The notes beneath the pieces were generated by a model. It made no database searches and was not told the DNA's origin. It saw only the letters and a list, made by a program, of their open reading frames with translations. 64,000 bases of DNA from NCBI GenBank assembly GCA_964638515.1, contig CAZWZL010000005.1:8809-72808 (forward strand), read 5' to 3'. This DNA is from an uncultured Phycisphaeraceae bacterium (GTDB lineage: Bacteria; Planctomycetota; Phycisphaerae; Phycisphaerales; UBA1924). Each line of letters begins with the position of its first letter. Positions within the stretch are counted from its first letter, which is position 1. The position numbers were made by a program, and so were the translations under genes. Shown one piece after another: positions 39,543 to 48,000 of this stretch.

Positions 39543-40367
39543 TCAGAACCGCTTGTGCGCCTCCCGCTCCATCGGCCCTCGCAGACCCATGATGCTGCGC
39601 GCAAGAGAGATGTCCGCGGGCTTCGTGATCTTGATGTTCCTCGGATCGCCCTCCACCACCACGACAGGCTCGCCGAGCCGCTCCACCAACTGCGCATCGT
39701 CCGTGCTTCGGACGTCCTCCTGTCCGTACGCGCGTTCGAAGAGTTCGCGCTCGAACACCTGAGGCGTTTGCGCCATCGAAAGCCCCTCACGCGACACCGT
39801 TTCCTGAACGGCCCGAGCCCACCCGCCACCAGACACGCCCCCGGACGCGCCCCCGGACGCGCCGAGAATCGCGGCCAGGGGATCCGCGCTCATCTCCGAA
39901 ATCTCCGCCCCGACGCGTTTCAGCGTGTCGGGAACATCAATCGCCGGAACAACGGCGGGGAATCGCGCCGCGGCCGCGAACACACGCCCGATCAACTCCG
40001 CGCTCGCCGCCGGGCGCGCCGCGTCGTGCACCGCCACATGGGAGCACGCGCTCCACGCGGCGCCGTGGTCCCTTCTCGCAAACTCCAGCGCGTTCTTCAC
40101 CGACTCAAAGCGGTGCGCCTTTCCACCCATGCACACCGACGCCCCGATCAACGCCAGCCGGTCGCCGTGTCGGAGCCGAAACTCCTCGAAGCCATCACAA
40201 GGCCCCGCCACGATCACCAGCCCCGTGTCGTCCCGCCCCGTGAACAACTCCACCGTGCGCTGCAGCACGGGCCTGCCTCCCAGATCCTCGTCGATCTTCG
40301 ACTTGCCGCCAAAGCGGAGAGACGCGCCCGCCGCCGGGATGATCACCGCGATTCGCATCTCACCCAT
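39543..40367 (-). CDS. ispD: 2-C-methyl-D-erythritol 4-phosphate cytidylyltransferase
   Basis: [42 protein letters not shown]. Contains a Gly/Ser-rich insert. An alternative ATG lies at 40358. Confidence 0.85.
   Translation of the reverse strand: MGEMRIAVIIPAAGASLRFGGKSKIDEDLGGRPVLQRTVELFTGRDDTGLVIVAGPCDGFEEFRLRHGDRLALIGASVCMGGKAHRFESVKNALEFARRDHGAAWSACSHVAVHDAARPAASAELIGRVFAAAARFPAVVPAIDVPDTLKRVGAEISEMSADPLAAILGASGGASGGVSGGGWARAVQETVSREGLSMAQTPQVFERELFERAYGQEDVRSTDDAQLVERLGEPVVVVEGDPRNIKITKPADISLARSIMGLRGPMEREAHKRF
39836..39859. repeat. Perfect 12-nt tandem duplication (gcccccggacgc x2, with a degenerate third copy) inside ispD
   Basis: Encodes [14 protein letters not shown] on the minus strand. 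It is in frame, so slippage would change the loop length without a frameshift. Confidence 0.8.
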
Positions 40368-40508
40368 CCTACCGAACCGCGTTCCGGCCCTTTCCTATCG
40401 GACCCATCCCGCCGTTACCCCAGCCCGTTTAAGTCATGCCCGCCATTGGCCGACCGCTATGCGGAATGCGAATGCAGGGCGGGGATCCATCTCGCCCCGG
40501 CGTCGATC

Positions 40509-41144
40509 ATGGGAGCCCGGATGCTGGCACCAGGCATCAACACGTATGTCCGCCTCGCCGGGGAATCACCCGGCGATAAGCCGCTGCGCACCGCGCTGGT
40601 GCTCGATCGCCGTGAGAACCTCTGCACGGTGGAGATTGAGAACGCGGAGAATCCGCCCGCCCCCGGGGACACGATCTGCTTCTTCTTCGACGTGGAGTCC
40701 CGCTTTTCCCAGCAGAAGGCCCGCGTTGGTCGCTGCCTGGTCCGCGGCTCCAAGTGCATAATGTCGGTGGCGCTGCTCGATCAGCCCGTCCCCGCGGACA
40801 ACCGACAGTCGTTCCGCGTCAGCTCCGCCACCGCCGACTTGTGCGCCCGCCTCAACTGCGCACAGAACTGCCCCGTGATCGATGTCTCGTTCACCGGATT
40901 CGCCATCGTCACCGACGCGTTCTTCGAGATCGGCGACTCTGTCACCGTGGCCATCAGCTTCGAGGGCCGAATCTACAACGGCGAGGCCACGATCAAAAGC
41001 GCGAACCCCGTCGACGGCGCGCTGACTCGATATGGGCTCCACGTGCCCCCCCATCGAGTCTCCACGACGCTCCAAAAGGGCCTGCAAGCCGTCTCCAGCT
41101 CGATCCAGCGCGTGCAGCTCCGTCGGCTCTCCCGAGGCTCCTGA
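40509..41144 (+). CDS. PilZ-domain (c-di-GMP-binding) protein
   Basis: Real part of track ORF 39420..41144, from ATG 40509. DNRQSFRV (RxxxR-like) ... VIDVSFTGFAI (D/NxSxxG) motifs. 211 aa. Confidence 0.65.
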   Translation: MGARMLAPGINTYVRLAGESPGDKPLRTALVLDRRENLCTVEIENAENPPAPGDTICFFFDVESRFSQQKARVGRCLVRGSKCIMSVALLDQPVPADNRQSFRVSSATADLCARLNCAQNCPVIDVSFTGFAIVTDAFFEIGDSVTVAISFEGRIYNGEATIKSANPVDGALTRYGLHVPPHRVSTTLQKGLQAVSSSIQRVQLRRLSRGS

Positions 41145-41204
41145 ACCCCTCCTAGAATCCGCTCCTCGCCGCGGCTCGCCCGCCGGCGATCGTCTTTGGC
41201 AACT

Positions 41205-41558
41205 GGGGCCGAATTGGTTTCGACCGGATAAGCGCTTTGCATCGTGGCGCGTCGCGGCGCACGCATGCCCGCGTCATCAAGCGTGCACACACATAACTGC
41301 CAACACGCAGTTTGCTCTCGCTGCCTGATATTTCAGGCGGCTCGGCGGGGTCCCACGCCCGATAGGACCCCTGCCGAACGACCATCGGGCTGGCGTCCGT
41401 CCTGAGGCTCGGGGGACGGAAGCGAGAACACGCCGCGCCTGGGACCGACGGGACGCTGCCGATGGCGGCCCGGCGGGCTGAGATCAAACCACCGGATACA
41501 CGCGTAGAGGCGGTGCGAAGACTGTCACGGGACGGGGGTTCGATACCCCCCGGCTCCA
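41205..41558 (+). ncRNA. ssrA: tmRNA (SsrA), tag reading frame ANTQFALAA
   Basis: 5' GGGGCCGAATTGGTTTCGACCGG. 3' GGACGGGGGTTCGATACCCCCCGGCTCCA. Acceptor stem GGGGCCG/CGGCTCC includes a G3-U pair, discriminator A, and CCA is not encoded. Internal ORF GCC AAC ACG CAG TTT GCT CTC GCT GCC TGA at 41299-41328. Confidence 0.9.
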
Positions 41559-41701
41559 TTCTCACAACGTCGCGCGGACAGTGCGGTCCGGCGCGGATAC
41601 AGTTATTTGGACGGTCGCTCGGCGGAGCCGCGCGAGATTCGCTCAATCCACACCGCGAGGTTTGGAGACTCGCGGCCAGCTTCGCCGATGGAACTGCCAC
41701 T

Positions 41702-42502
41702 GTGGACCGCCGCATCCTCATTGCTCCTCTGACCGACCCCCATCTGCTCGACGAGCCGCTTGAAGCCGTCGCGCGCGACGCCACGCTGTCGCGTCGAGGT
41801 CTCTTGCGCACCGTCGCCGGCCTGCTCGCCGCGGGAGGCGCGGTCGCCGCCCTCACCGGCTGCGCTGGTGGGAGCGCGAGCGCCTCCCTGCCCGGACCAA
41901 AGTGGCCCGAGCCCGAGCCGTACAGGCCTCAACCCCGACCATCGGTTCCACCGCGCGCCACGCCGCCCAGCACCGGTCCCGGCGGCGTGATCCCGCGCTC
42001 CGCCTGGGCCAAGAGCAACCCGATCACGTCGCGCATGGATCGCATGCTGCCCGTGCGCAAGATCACGATTCACCACACGGCCATCCCGGCCTCCGGCATG
42101 CACAACCGGCGGGATGTCGCGGCACAGATCGAATCGATCCGCCAAGCCCACGTCCATCGCAAGGGCGAGCCGTTCGGCGACATCGGCTACCACTACATCG
42201 TCGACCCCATGGGCAACGTGTGGGAAGGGCGAACGCTCGCGTATCAGGGCGCCCACGTGTCCAAGCAGAACGAGAACAATCTCGGCATTGTCTGCCTCGG
42301 GAACTTTGAGATGGAGCGCCCCAACGACGCTCAGGTGCGCGCCTTGCACGCGTTCACCGCGTCGCAGATGCGCCGGTTCAACGTCTCCCTTCGAGACGTC
42401 CGTACGCACCGCGAAATGGCGCAGACGGCCTGCCCAGGCCGCAATCTGCAGCCGGTCATGAACATGGCGCGCGCCCGCGGCGGCGTGCTCGCCATGGGCT
42501 GA
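41702..42502 (+). CDS. N-acetylmuramoyl-L-alanine amidase (Amidase_2/PGRP fold), Tat-signal lipoprotein
   Basis: SRRGLLRTVAGLLAAGGAVAALTGC (twin-Arg plus lipobox). ITIHHTA, GDIGYHYIVDPMGNVWEGR, AHVSKQNENNLGIVCLGNF, CPGRNL. The start is uncertain (GTG 41702); the track start at 41462 lies inside the tmRNA. Confidence 0.8.
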   Translation: MDRRILIAPLTDPHLLDEPLEAVARDATLSRRGLLRTVAGLLAAGGAVAALTGCAGGSASASLPGPKWPEPEPYRPQPRPSVPPRATPPSTGPGGVIPRSAWAKSNPITSRMDRMLPVRKITIHHTAIPASGMHNRRDVAAQIESIRQAHVHRKGEPFGDIGYHYIVDPMGNVWEGRTLAYQGAHVSKQNENNLGIVCLGNFEMERPNDAQVRALHAFTASQMRRFNVSLRDVRTHREMAQTACPGRNLQPVMNMARARGGVLAMG

Positions 42503-42577
42503 GCCTTTCGTCTCGATTCATGCATGCATCGGCCCGCGGCACACGTCCGCAGGCTCTTTCGTTCCCGAACCCGTCAA

Positions 42578-43450
42578 TCACAGCAGCTCCGTCTCGATCG
42601 CGTGCGCCACCGCGTTCTCGTCATTGGATCGCGTCAGGACAAGGTCCGCGGCGTCCCTCGCATCGTCCCACGCGTTGGCCACCGCAAGCCCGCGCCCCGC
42701 CCATCGAAGCATCTCCGCATCGTTCGGCGCGTCCCCGATCGCCAGCACCCGCTCTCTCGGCACGCCCAGCCGATGCGCCACCTGCCGCAACGCCAATGAC
42801 TTGTCGGCCCGGGCGTGACAGATGGAAAACAGGTGCGCATCTGACACCTTGCACGAGAGCAGGCCTTCCCGTGCGAACCTGGCTTCGAGAGTTGCACGCA
42901 CCGGAACCAGCCGCGACGGGGGCGCGAGAAACATGACCTTGGTGGCGGGCACACGCAGGAACGCGTCCAGGTGGCCGACGCCGTCCGGTGAAAAACTCTT
43001 GGACGTCTCGGTCCCAATGATCGTCCCCTCCGTCTCATGGAGGTGTTTGGGCCCGAAATCAGGCTCGGCGTTGTCCGTGTACCACTTGTCCAGGATCTCG
43101 ATCCACACCAGCACTTTCGGATCCGCCTTGCGGGCCGCCTGCACCGCGTTCTGCGTCAGCGCCGGATCGAGCGGCAGATGCTCCACGTGCACCCCGCGCG
43201 CCGCGGCTTCATGACGCCACACGAGCGCGCCGTTGTAATTGATCGAGATCGCGGATTGACCAAGCAGCCCGAGCGCCTCGAGGATCGGACGAGTCGACCG
43301 GGGCGGCCTCGCCGTGGCGAGCACCACGTGGACCCCCGCGTCCGCCGCGGCCTGCACCGCGCGCACGTCACGCGTCGCCAAACGCTTGTCGGAGGAGAGC
43401 AGCGTGCCGTCAATGTCGAGCGCCAGAATGTCGAATCGCGGCGCGGTCAT
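42578..43450 (-). CDS. Cof-type HAD-IIB family hydrolase
   Basis: From ATG 43450: MTAPRFDILALDIDGTLL (motif I), VLATARP, AIGDAPNDAEML (motif III). ATGA overlap with the upstream GNAT stop. Confidence 0.85.
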   Translation of the reverse strand: MTAPRFDILALDIDGTLLSSDKRLATRDVRAVQAAADAGVHVVLATARPPRSTRPILEALGLLGQSAISINYNGALVWRHEAAARGVHVEHLPLDPALTQNAVQAARKADPKVLVWIEILDKWYTDNAEPDFGPKHLHETEGTIIGTETSKSFSPDGVGHLDAFLRVPATKVMFLAPPSRLVPVRATLEARFAREGLLSCKVSDAHLFSICHARADKSLALRQVAHRLGVPRERVLAIGDAPNDAEMLRWAGRGLAVANAWDDARDAADLVLTRSNDENAVAHAIETELL

Positions 43451-43935
43451 GCGAGTCGTCGCGCCATCTTGCGGTGCGGAATGAGATCCCACTTCGTCGG
43501 CCCCACACCGATGTCCTCATACCCCAGACGCGTGTAGAACGGCACGGCCTCCGCGCGGGCGTCCATCCAGATCGACGGCCGACCCCGCGCCCTCGATTCC
43601 TCCTCGAGCGAGCCCAGCAGAATCCGCCCGACACCCGAGCCCCGCCGATCCGCATCGACCGCGAAGTACCGCATCTGGGCGATCGGGCGCGCGCAGCACG
43701 CCGGAACCTCCGTCGGATCGAGATCGAGCCGAGCAACCCCGATCACCTCCAGGCCGTCAAGCACGAGCCGATGCAGCACGTCCGGACGCGCACGGGGCGA
43801 ATCCAGCTCGGATAACGCGCACGACGCCGGCAGGCCGTACGGGTCGTAGAGGTTGCGCACGCGGCACGCCACGTACGCCCGCCAAAGCGCATCCGAGTCG
43901 GGAGCGGCAATGACGAGTTCGGACTTCACATCCAT
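43447..43935 (-). CDS. GNAT family N-acetyltransferase
   Basis: From ATG 43935: MDVKSELVIAAP...MRYFAVDADRRGSGVGRILL (acetyl-CoA motif)...FYTRLGY. 162 aa. Confidence 0.8.
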   Translation of the reverse strand: MDVKSELVIAAPDSDALWRAYVACRVRNLYDPYGLPASCALSELDSPRARPDVLHRLVLDGLEVIGVARLDLDPTEVPACCARPIAQMRYFAVDADRRGSGVGRILLGSLEEESRARGRPSIWMDARAEAVPFYTRLGYEDIGVGPTKWDLIPHRKMARRLA

Positions 43936-44171
43936 GTCCGAATTCCAAGCGCGCGCAGCACGCACCAACCCTTCGCGGCCTCGAAAATCGCAAACCCGCC
44001 GATGGCGACCAGCGCCGCCGTCATCGTCAGGCCAACCCATCTGGGGCTCTCGACCACGATTCCAACGGCGATCCCGCTGGAGACCAGCGCCGCTCCGATC
44101 ATCCCCCGCGCGCACCGGCCACGTCGATCAAGATTGCACTTCAAACCCGCGTTTGCCGCTCGCTGGCTCAT
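43926..44171 (-). CDS. DUF2892 (YgaP C-terminal-like) small membrane protein
   Basis: 81 aa. KCNLDRRGRCARGMIGAALVSSGIAV....LVAIGGFAIFEAAKGWCVLRALGIRT matches the N..ER..R...G / two-TM / C-x-L-Y-x-L-G pattern of this family, as I recall it. Confidence 0.6.
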   Translation of the reverse strand: MSQRAANAGLKCNLDRRGRCARGMIGAALVSSGIAVGIVVESPRWVGLTMTAALVAIGGFAIFEAAKGWCVLRALGIRTWM

Positions 44172-44956
44172 GGAATGGCACGCCTGGCCTCATCCCCGAA
44201 CGAAGCCGGCGGGGCCTGCCCGTTGAAGAGAAGAAGCTCGATCGTATATACCCGCCACGCTCCGTCCTGATCACGTCGCCAGTCCAGCTGCCACCACGTC
44301 AGCGACGGCCCCAGGCGTCCGCCCGTTCGGACCCGCAGTCGGGTCCGTGCCGAGGTTTCGGACCCAGCCGACGCGTGCCCCGACGGCACGGCCACGCCCT
44401 CCAGACTCACCCGTTCCGGGAACAGACGCGCCGCCCGAAGCACCACCGATCGGTCATCCCCGCCCGACGCCCCGCCGGTCGAGCCCAGCTTCAGGTACAG
44501 CGTCGGAGCCAGCGCGTCTCCGGCGGAGCCCGCGTCTCCCCGACCCACCGCTCGAGCCAATTCGAGCGACCGGGCGATCACGGCCTCCCTGGGCGTCTCG
44601 ACAGCGATGGCCAAGCCCACCAGGCCGACCGCAGCCATCGGCCCGAGGATGCCCGTCCAAGTGGACGCCCGCTCCCGCCCGGCTCGGTAGAGCCGCCACG
44701 CCGCCAGCAGCGAAAGCACAATCAACGCGGCCGCAGGCGCCACGGGCTCCTCGAGCCCGAAGTGCGTCAACATCCCGGACGCCGGGAGTCGAGGGGGCTC
44801 CGACCAAGGCGCCTGGACGGACTGAGCCGAGGCGGCTTCGGAACCGGCCAGAAACACCCCGGCGACGGTGTGGACAAGGAGCCTCCAAGGACCGATATCC
44901 ACTAGGGGCTTGATGTGGGCTGTGAGTCCGTTGGGGTGACGGGCTGGCGGGCACAT
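44168..44956 (-). CDS. Hypothetical membrane protein (about 3 TM helices plus a soluble C-terminal domain)
   Basis: From ATG 44956 (SD AGGAA): MCPPARHPNGLTAHIKPLVDIGPWRLLVHTVAGVFLAG... The C-terminus (WWQLDWRRDQDGAWRVYTIELLL) resembles an NTF2-like strand. The longer track ORF would run into the divergent gene. Confidence 0.55.
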   Translation of the reverse strand: MCPPARHPNGLTAHIKPLVDIGPWRLLVHTVAGVFLAGSEAASAQSVQAPWSEPPRLPASGMLTHFGLEEPVAPAAALIVLSLLAAWRLYRAGRERASTWTGILGPMAAVGLVGLAIAVETPREAVIARSLELARAVGRGDAGSAGDALAPTLYLKLGSTGGASGGDDRSVVLRAARLFPERVSLEGVAVPSGHASAGSETSARTRLRVRTGGRLGPSLTWWQLDWRRDQDGAWRVYTIELLLFNGQAPPASFGDEARRAIP

Positions 44957-45018
44957 GGATTGTTCCTGCGCGCAGGCGCGATGCGGTGTTCCGGTTCTAT
45001 AGGCGAGGACGAGGGCGA

Positions 45019-48000
45019 ATGACGGCAACAAGTCCACAACAGACCAACAACGCGACGACCTTGGCGCCCGAGACGCCGGGCCTCCTCGAGCGAAACCTGG
45101 CGGCCCTCTCCCGCCTGTCGCCCGAATCAGCCTTGGAAATCGGGCGGGTCTCGCCATCAGGCGAGTATCGCTTCCTCCGCAGCGGAGACGGGGGCCTGAC
45201 GGCCGAGATCCAAGGACGCCCCGTCGCGAGCCGCCGAAACGCGATCGCCGAGGGCGAACGGCTGGCGGCCGGCGTGGACATCAAGACCGCGGCCGTCGTG
45301 GTCGTGATCGGCTTCGGGGTCGGCCACCACGTCCGCGCCATCGCGGAAAAGCTGCAACGGACCGGCTTGGTGGTGGTGTTCGAGCCCGACGCGGCGCTCC
45401 TCAAGGGCACGCTCGAACGCGAAGACTGCGCGTCCTGGATGACCGCATCGAATCTCATCATCGTCACCGATGAATCGGACGCCGCCGTGCTGGGCACGGC
45501 TCTCCGGCGCCACGAGGCCATGCTCGGGCTCGGGGTAACGATCGTGGAGCACCCGGGCTCGACGACCCGCATCGGGGACCGAAGCCGCGCGTTCCTGGAG
45601 ACGTTCGCGCAGGTCGCCGCAACGGCGCGCACAGCGCTCGTGACCACCATGGTGCAGACCGAATCGACGGTCCGCAACGTGCTGATGAACCTGGACTACT
45701 ACGCCGGCGCGCCGGGCATTGCCGAGCTGCGGGAGTGCGCGATCAACCGGCCCGCCGTGGTCGTATCCGCCGGGCCCAGCCTCGAGCGCAACATGCGTTT
45801 GCTCGCACGAGATGGCGTTCGAGATCGATGCGTGATCATCGCCGTGCAGACCGCGCTCAAACCGCTGCTGCGCGCCGGTATCCGGCCGCACTACGTCGTC
45901 GCGCTCGATCACCATGAGATCTCCCGACGCTTCTACGAGGGCTTGCGATCCGAAGACGTGGCCGGTGTCACGTTGGTCGTGGAGCCCAAAGCCAACCCGG
46001 CGATCCTGCAGACGTTTCCCGGGCCGATCCGCTGCGCGCGCGAGGAATACCTCGACCTCGTCCTCGGCGAGCGGCTCTTTCGAGATCACGGCTCCGTCCC
46101 GCCGGGATCGACGGTGGCGCACCTGGCCTACTACCTCGCCCGGTTCATGGGCTGCGATCCGGTCGCGCTCATCGGACAGGACCTCGGATTCACCGACGGA
46201 CAGTACTACGCGAGCGGCGCGGCGATCCACGAGGTGTGGGCGGGCGAGCTGAACCCGTTCAACACGCTCGAATCGCTGGAGTGGCAGCGCATCGTCCGCG
46301 GACGCGCGAGCCTGCACCGCGTGACCGACCACCTCGGGCGCTCGATCTACACCGACGAACAGATGCGCACCTACCTCGCGCAGTTCGAGCGGGATTTCCG
46401 CAGCGACGAGTCGAAGGGCCTGACGATCATCGATGCCACCGAGGGCGGCGTGCGCAAGGCCCACACCACGCGCCGAACGCTCGCCGAGTTCCTCGAAGAG
46501 CACGCCCCGGAGGATGCGCCCTCCCTGCGGCTGCCGCCACCGCCGACCGCCGAGCTCAATCGTGACGCGGTCCGCAGCGCCGCCGCACGGGTTCGAGAAG
46601 TTCGCCGAGGGGTCTGGCGCATCGGCGATCTGTCCCGCAAGGCCTCCGCGCTGCTCGCGCAGATGCTCGAGCATCACGAGGATCAGCCCCGCGTGAACCG
46701 CCTCATCGGCAAGGTGCACGCGCTCCGCGACGAAGCCGTGTCCGAAGCCACGGCCTATCACCTGGTCCACCGATTCAACCAAACCGGCACCTTCCGGCGC
46801 GCACGAGCCGATCGAGCCATCATCATGAGCGAGGATGAGCCGGAATCGGCGCAGCAGCTCAAGAACATCGAGCGCGATCTGCAGAACGTCCGCTGGCTGG
46901 GCGAAGCCGCCGACGCGCTGGGCGAACTGCTCGATGTCACCGCAAGAGCGATGGAGGGCGGACCCAAGCGCACACGCGACCTGATGACCGAGAGCCAGAG
47001 CGATCCGGACAACACCGACGCGACCGTCATGAAAGAGCGTCCGCGAGTAGCCGCGCTGGTCTCCGCCCGATTCGACCACGGCGCGCTGGGAGGCACTCGG
47101 ACGCTCGGGCCGCGCCCTTGGACCCATGGGCGCGCGGCCCTCGCCCTGACCGTTGAACGCATCGCGCGAACGCCCGGGTTGGACCGTGTGATCGTGCTCA
47201 CGGACGACCCCGTCGCCGCATCCAAGTGTCTCGACCAGACGTCCACGCGAGTCCCCGTGGAGATCGAGCCCGTGGCGCTCGCCGCATGGGAAAAGCGAGA
47301 GGACGCCATCCGAGCCGGACGCGTGTTCGCGGGATGGTGCTGGCGTGGCGGCCCCGGGCATCTCTCGGCGTACGACGAGGCCATCCTGCCCCGCGCCATG
47401 AGCGACGTGATGGAGTCGCGCGCACTCTCCGCCGCACTGGTGCTGGGAGGCGATTGGTGCGCCGCGGACCCCGCGATCGCGGGCGCGTTGATCGAACGGC
47501 ACGCCGAGATGCCCGAGAGATTCAGGGTCGCGTTCACGCAGGCTGCGCCCGGGCTCGCGCCGGCGCTGATCGACCGTCATGTCATGACCGATCTGGCAAG
47601 GGTGACGGAACTCGATGACGCTGGCGCATTCGCGAGCTTCGGCGGACTGATCGGCTACGTGCCCATCCGACCCAAGGTTGACCCCATCGCGCAGCCCGTG
47701 TGCCTGGTCATCGACCCCGCGGTCCGCGACGCGATGGCCCGCTGGATCGCGGACGGAAGCGAGGGAGAGTCCCTGCTCGCCCACGCCAGCGAACGGCTCG
47801 GGACGCGTTTCTCCGAAGCCTCCGCCCTGGAACTCGTCCAGGCGGCCGCCGATGCGCTGCCGGAGGCGCCCGGGCACGTCATCTTCGAACTCACCACGGC
47901 ACGACTCACGAGCGGCCGGCGCGCCGCATGGGCGCGCGGTCGGGCGATCGCGGCTGACCCCGGCGAGCCGATTCCCACGCGCCAAGCCGACATTTCCAGG

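Noticed and set aside
37658-39592. 644-aa plus-strand ORF
   Set aside because: Antisense to acs, with no motifs and an extreme Arg/His/Pro content.
41032-41856. ORFs 41032..41328 (+), 41152..41856 (-) and the 5' part of 41462..42502 (+)
   Set aside because: They overlie the tmRNA gene, which explains the conservation-like structure. The amidase ORF was trimmed to start after the tmRNA.
41559-44985. Genomic island integrated at the tmRNA 3' end
   Set aside because: No integrase, no visible repeat of the tmRNA 3' end, and composition indistinguishable from the flanks. I cannot exclude it without a whole-window repeat search.
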